Shown here one piece after another: positions 60,350-64,000 of a stretch of 64,000 nt of DNA; the stretch's first letter is position 1; the number at the start of each line of letters is the position of its first letter. The notes below the pieces were generated by a model, which saw only the letters and a program-made list of their open reading frames with translations, had not been told where the DNA came from and did no database searches. Made by a program: the position numbers and the translations under genes. The DNA is from Amphiscolops sp. MND2022 (lineage: Eukaryota). The stretch lies in NCBI GenBank assembly GCA_964187785.1, contig OZ076410.1, positions 76,384,001-76,448,000 on the forward strand, read 5' to 3'.

Positions 60350-62300
60350 ACGAAGCAATGGTCGAAACCCCAGCACTGCAACAGGTCGTACTGATCGACC
60401 AGCTCTGAATTTCATCTACAAGTCGATGAGTTTTCCCAGAAAAGTTACACATCAGCGAAACACATTCGAAGACAATGCCAACCTCCACCTCACACACCAT
60501 AACAAACAAAGAACATTCGAGGCTAGCAACGATGGAGAAGACAACACACGACAACAGAACCAGTTGAACAACAGCAGCGAAACCCCAGAGACAAGCAAAA
60601 ATCGGCAAGTCACTGTCAGCAGAATCTCCAGTCCATACAGCTGCGAAAGCCACGGAAGATCGAGATCCACGTTTGGACCTCACTTGAACACACTCCCGAA
60701 GATAATCACTGAATCCTACAGTGGAAACGCTACAGTATTCTGACAGCAACAACATCGATCGACCGAATTTGAAAACCTGCGACAGGTTGAAACCGATAGC
60801 AGAAACATACGGGCAACTAGAAGACAATAAGGAACAACAGCTACAGAACCTACATACATTCACACCACAGGCCAGCAACTGCAAAAAAGTCAACAAAAAA
60901 TCAACGACAGCTTGCCCTCTAGAATCTTGACAACAGTAAAATATCAAATGCCCAATTTTCAATGAACAGCCCAGAAAACAAACTAATGACCACGAGCAAC
61001 AAGGGCCTCTGTTTCAACTGCCTGAATACAGATCATCGCATCGCCAGCTGCCCCTCAAAGAAGAATTGTCTACAAAACACAACTGCAAACAAACTACACG
61101 GCACTTGATTACATGAAGATTTCCAAACAGCCTCAAACTCATCACAGCTCAACGGAAGAAGGATACAGATAAATTAACAGAGCCCAGCCCACGCAAGTAA
61201 GTCAAAGTAGAAATCCGAACCACTGAGAACAATCTGCATCTCTTCACCTGATAAAAAAAGAATTGACCAACAACGGATTTCAAAAAAACACAGACGTGAA
61301 AACTTACAGAACAGAAACCCATCAAACTGCAGGTACTCTGGAGAATCTAGTGATCAACCTGCATACTCACCACCGCTCTAAGGCAGTGTACTTGACAGTG
61401 GAGGTACCTCAAGCATCTTCACAAAGGACACAACAGAAAAGTTGAAACTCACCTCGAATTCGACAACGACACACAACAAAGAATTCAACGCGACACAGAC
61501 AACAAAGTGTGGCAGTTGAACGACAACTATCTGATATCGGTTAGAAAGAAACACATAAAGGTAGAAATGTCTACGTAAATTACAACAATGTGCTGCCAAC
61601 GGTCAAATAAAACCCCATACATGTGGCCGGTAAATATGAACACTTCAAAAACATCCAAATTCCACAGCTCAACAACCTGAAGGTGAAAGCATTACTCTGA
61701 TGTGATATGTTTGCTATCTTCATCGCCAGAGAAAACTGGCGAGAAACAGAGCAACCTAGTGCCGTCAAAAGCATTCTTGGATAGACAGTCATTTGACCGA
61801 ACCAGCGTTCTACACCAACCGAGAACAGAACAAGAAGAAGACAGTATCAAAAGGTTTAATTTAAAAGGTTTCCACCGCTATGAAGTAGTCAGCCCTGAGA
61901 AACTTGGAAAGATTCGCCGTTTCACCAACGCTGCCTCTGATTTCAGTGGAACATGCACTAACGATCATCTCACCTGGACTCAACCTGCTGAACGAATTAC
62001 TTGGAATCATACTACGCAGCTGTGTGAAACCAATACCCTTACCGACAACCTAAAAGGTTTTTTTCAGAAAAGTTGATGTACGGAAAGAAGATCACAAGTT
62101 CTTGCACTTTTTGTAGAACGAACACTCCAACAAACTACCGAAAGAATTCGAGTACCAAAGACACATATTTGGTGCAAGATTTTCACCCACCTGCGCAAAA
62201 TATGCTTTAGAGCAAACAGCCTGAGACAACGTTGGAAAATGTTCAGAAGTCCCCGACACAGTCTCCTGAGAAAAGAATGATTGGGCCAAGACCTTTGAAA
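60350..62300 (+). mobile_element. Decayed, internally deleted BEL/Pao LTR retrotransposon (gag knuckle, protease region, RT fragments)
   Basis: KGLCFNCLNTDHRIASCPSKKNC...LH (BEL gag knuckle); EHFKNIQIPQL..VKALL.CD...PSAVKSILG; PEKLGKIRRFTNAAS; EYQRHIFGARFSPTCAKYAL. No LTRs recognised. Confidence 0.8.
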
Positions 62301-63107
62301 CCTTCTATAGTTTTTTCCCAACAGCTGTAAATGGACGTTTAGGTTATCTTACATCTTTTACTTCGCCGAAATAAATGTTGAATTAAAAAACCACTTTTGA
62401 TATCGAACCGTTCTGGCATTTTTTGCACTTGAGAATGATAGAACAGTAAACAATCTTTCTATAATGTCAAAAAATTCACTGGTCCTAAAATCACCTGTCC
62501 CTGAAAAGAACTTTTTTCTAACTGGGTCAAAAAAATTGAAGACCATTTCGTTAATTAAAGTGTTTCAAAACTTGCACATCGCCTAGCTAAACAAATCCAA
62601 AATGTGATTCTTTGGTCTCAGTTTATATCGTATTTTATTTGAAAATAGTACGCTTTCTTTCAGTACGCTTCAGATCTCAGTTAGCACGATTGTAAAAACG
62701 TACATTGTCAGCCAAAGAAAGTAGACTAAAACATGCCACAGTAAGAACGTCAGGCAATGTTTTTCAATAGGCGCTGACTAAAAAGTATATCCAAATTCAA
62801 GCACTCAAACCATTTCTCAAGTAGAAATTGAGAGTCAAGACTGGAGAGAAACTAATACTGATCAAAATTGAGCCGCATATTGAGAAAGGAAGTAATAGGC
62901 TACTCTTGAAAATCAAAAACAAAAGTGCTTCAATCGCTACGAAGGTGACATCTCAGGTAACTCATACCGTAACTTAAAACTATAAAATTGAGAAGGCTGT
63001 ATTTTTTTAAAATTCGCCCATGGACCAGTTTGCACCCTTTACTTTAATTGTGATCAAAATTAGTAGAAACTAATGAGATTTAAAATGAGCCGAGAAAGAC
63101 CGTTTTT

Positions 63108-63475
63108 TAGTCGGCACTTTTCTTAAGAAAAGAGTCGACTATAGTCATGGCTTTTCGTCAGTGTTTTTTTAAAGACCAAAATAGACCTGAACTGACCAAA
63201 ATAGTTCTACCAAAAGTTCTACAAAATTTACAGAAGACGCCAAAATGTACCTGGTGGCCCAAGGAACTGAACCAAAAAGGTTTCCTGCGTAACATACAAT
63301 ACCGGACGAGACCAAAGGGTCCTCCCTTTCAGTTTTTTTCGGCATTGTGGGACTTTTTTCGAAAATTTTTTTTTCGTAAAACTGTTCCCAATTCACCAAT
63401 ACTTGGAAATTTGAAGTCCTTTTGCTATTTTTGAGCCTTGGATATGGCGCCGACTTGGGCCGTTTCCGGCTTGTT
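63108..63475 (+). mobile_element. HINE family 3, complete short copy
   Basis: T-run, then subTIR TAGTCGGCAC (63108) / GCGCCGACTT (63447, 8 of 10 complementary), hairpin GCCG-tttc-CGGC (63459-63470), then ttgtttt. Confidence 0.65.
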
Positions 63476-64000
63476 TTACAATTATCAAGCAGCTGACCAG
63501 GGACTCTAAAAAAATTGTTTCAGCAAACTGGGACAAAGCTTTACAAATAGAACTACCCAAAAAAGATTCACAAAACGCTCAAACAATCAGAAATCAACAA
63601 CAGTATGTGAAGTGTATTGAAGATTTGAAACAACAATTTGAAATTATGCTTCAATCGGGCAATTGTCTTTAAAAATCAAACCCGACAACCGAATTCCCTT
63701 TGTTGAAACTGTGAATTGTCATTTGTTTTGTAACAAACTGATATTGAAGAATTGGAAGTCTGGCAAAAAATTAGGAACTAAAAAACGGAACTTTTTCAAT
63801 GGAATCAGCAACTAAATTTTTGAAAAATGTTAACCGATATTCCCGTATTTATTGCGGCTGTATTCACCAATTACATCCAATAATTTTTCCTTTGGCATTC
63901 AAAATTACAACGATCATCTGTACAAAAAGCCGACAGGAAATCCTGAAAACTATAGCCTATTTAGCGTTTCCAATTCAATGAGTAAAACCTTTAGAAAAAT

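Noticed and set aside
60348-60962. 204-aa Cys/Val-rich minus-strand ORF
   Set aside because: Antisense shadow of the A/C-rich BEL/Pao gag strand.

Overview
AT-rich, repeat-saturated eukaryotic (animal-type) genomic window with one 200-N assembly gap (31663-31862). I see no prokaryotic operons, rRNA/tRNA genes or CRISPR. The repeat families remind me of an acoel worm (Symsagittifera-like), but that is unverified recall. Contents, left to right: two decayed Polinton/Maverick (adintovirus-like) fossils (1-11080, 14400-18230); a long LTR carrying a 205-aa ORF; a probable nested stack of CRE retroposon, APE-type LINE and LTR element (22.4-33.0 kb); a STIL-like (centriole duplication factor) pseudogene hit by two TSD-flanked LINEs, one a nearly intact RTE; an intact, intronless RPL27A ORF; three families of non-autonomous Helentron-like elements, one carrying a 172-173-bp satellite; a tandem pair of intronless four-TM (claudin-like topology) genes; a hAT MITE; a complete non-autonomous LTR element with 5-bp TSD; several foldback/palindromic elements; and a BEL/Pao remnant. 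At least six local tandem duplications have readable junctions. The most novel-looking signal is a shared LTR architecture in three related families: a gag-like reading frame starts inside the LTR about 130 bp after a TATA box and runs toward or through the PBS, and the polypurine tract appears to be replaced by a short AG(T/C)GG(T/C)CC motif. All family assignments come from manual translation and motif recall, not database searches.
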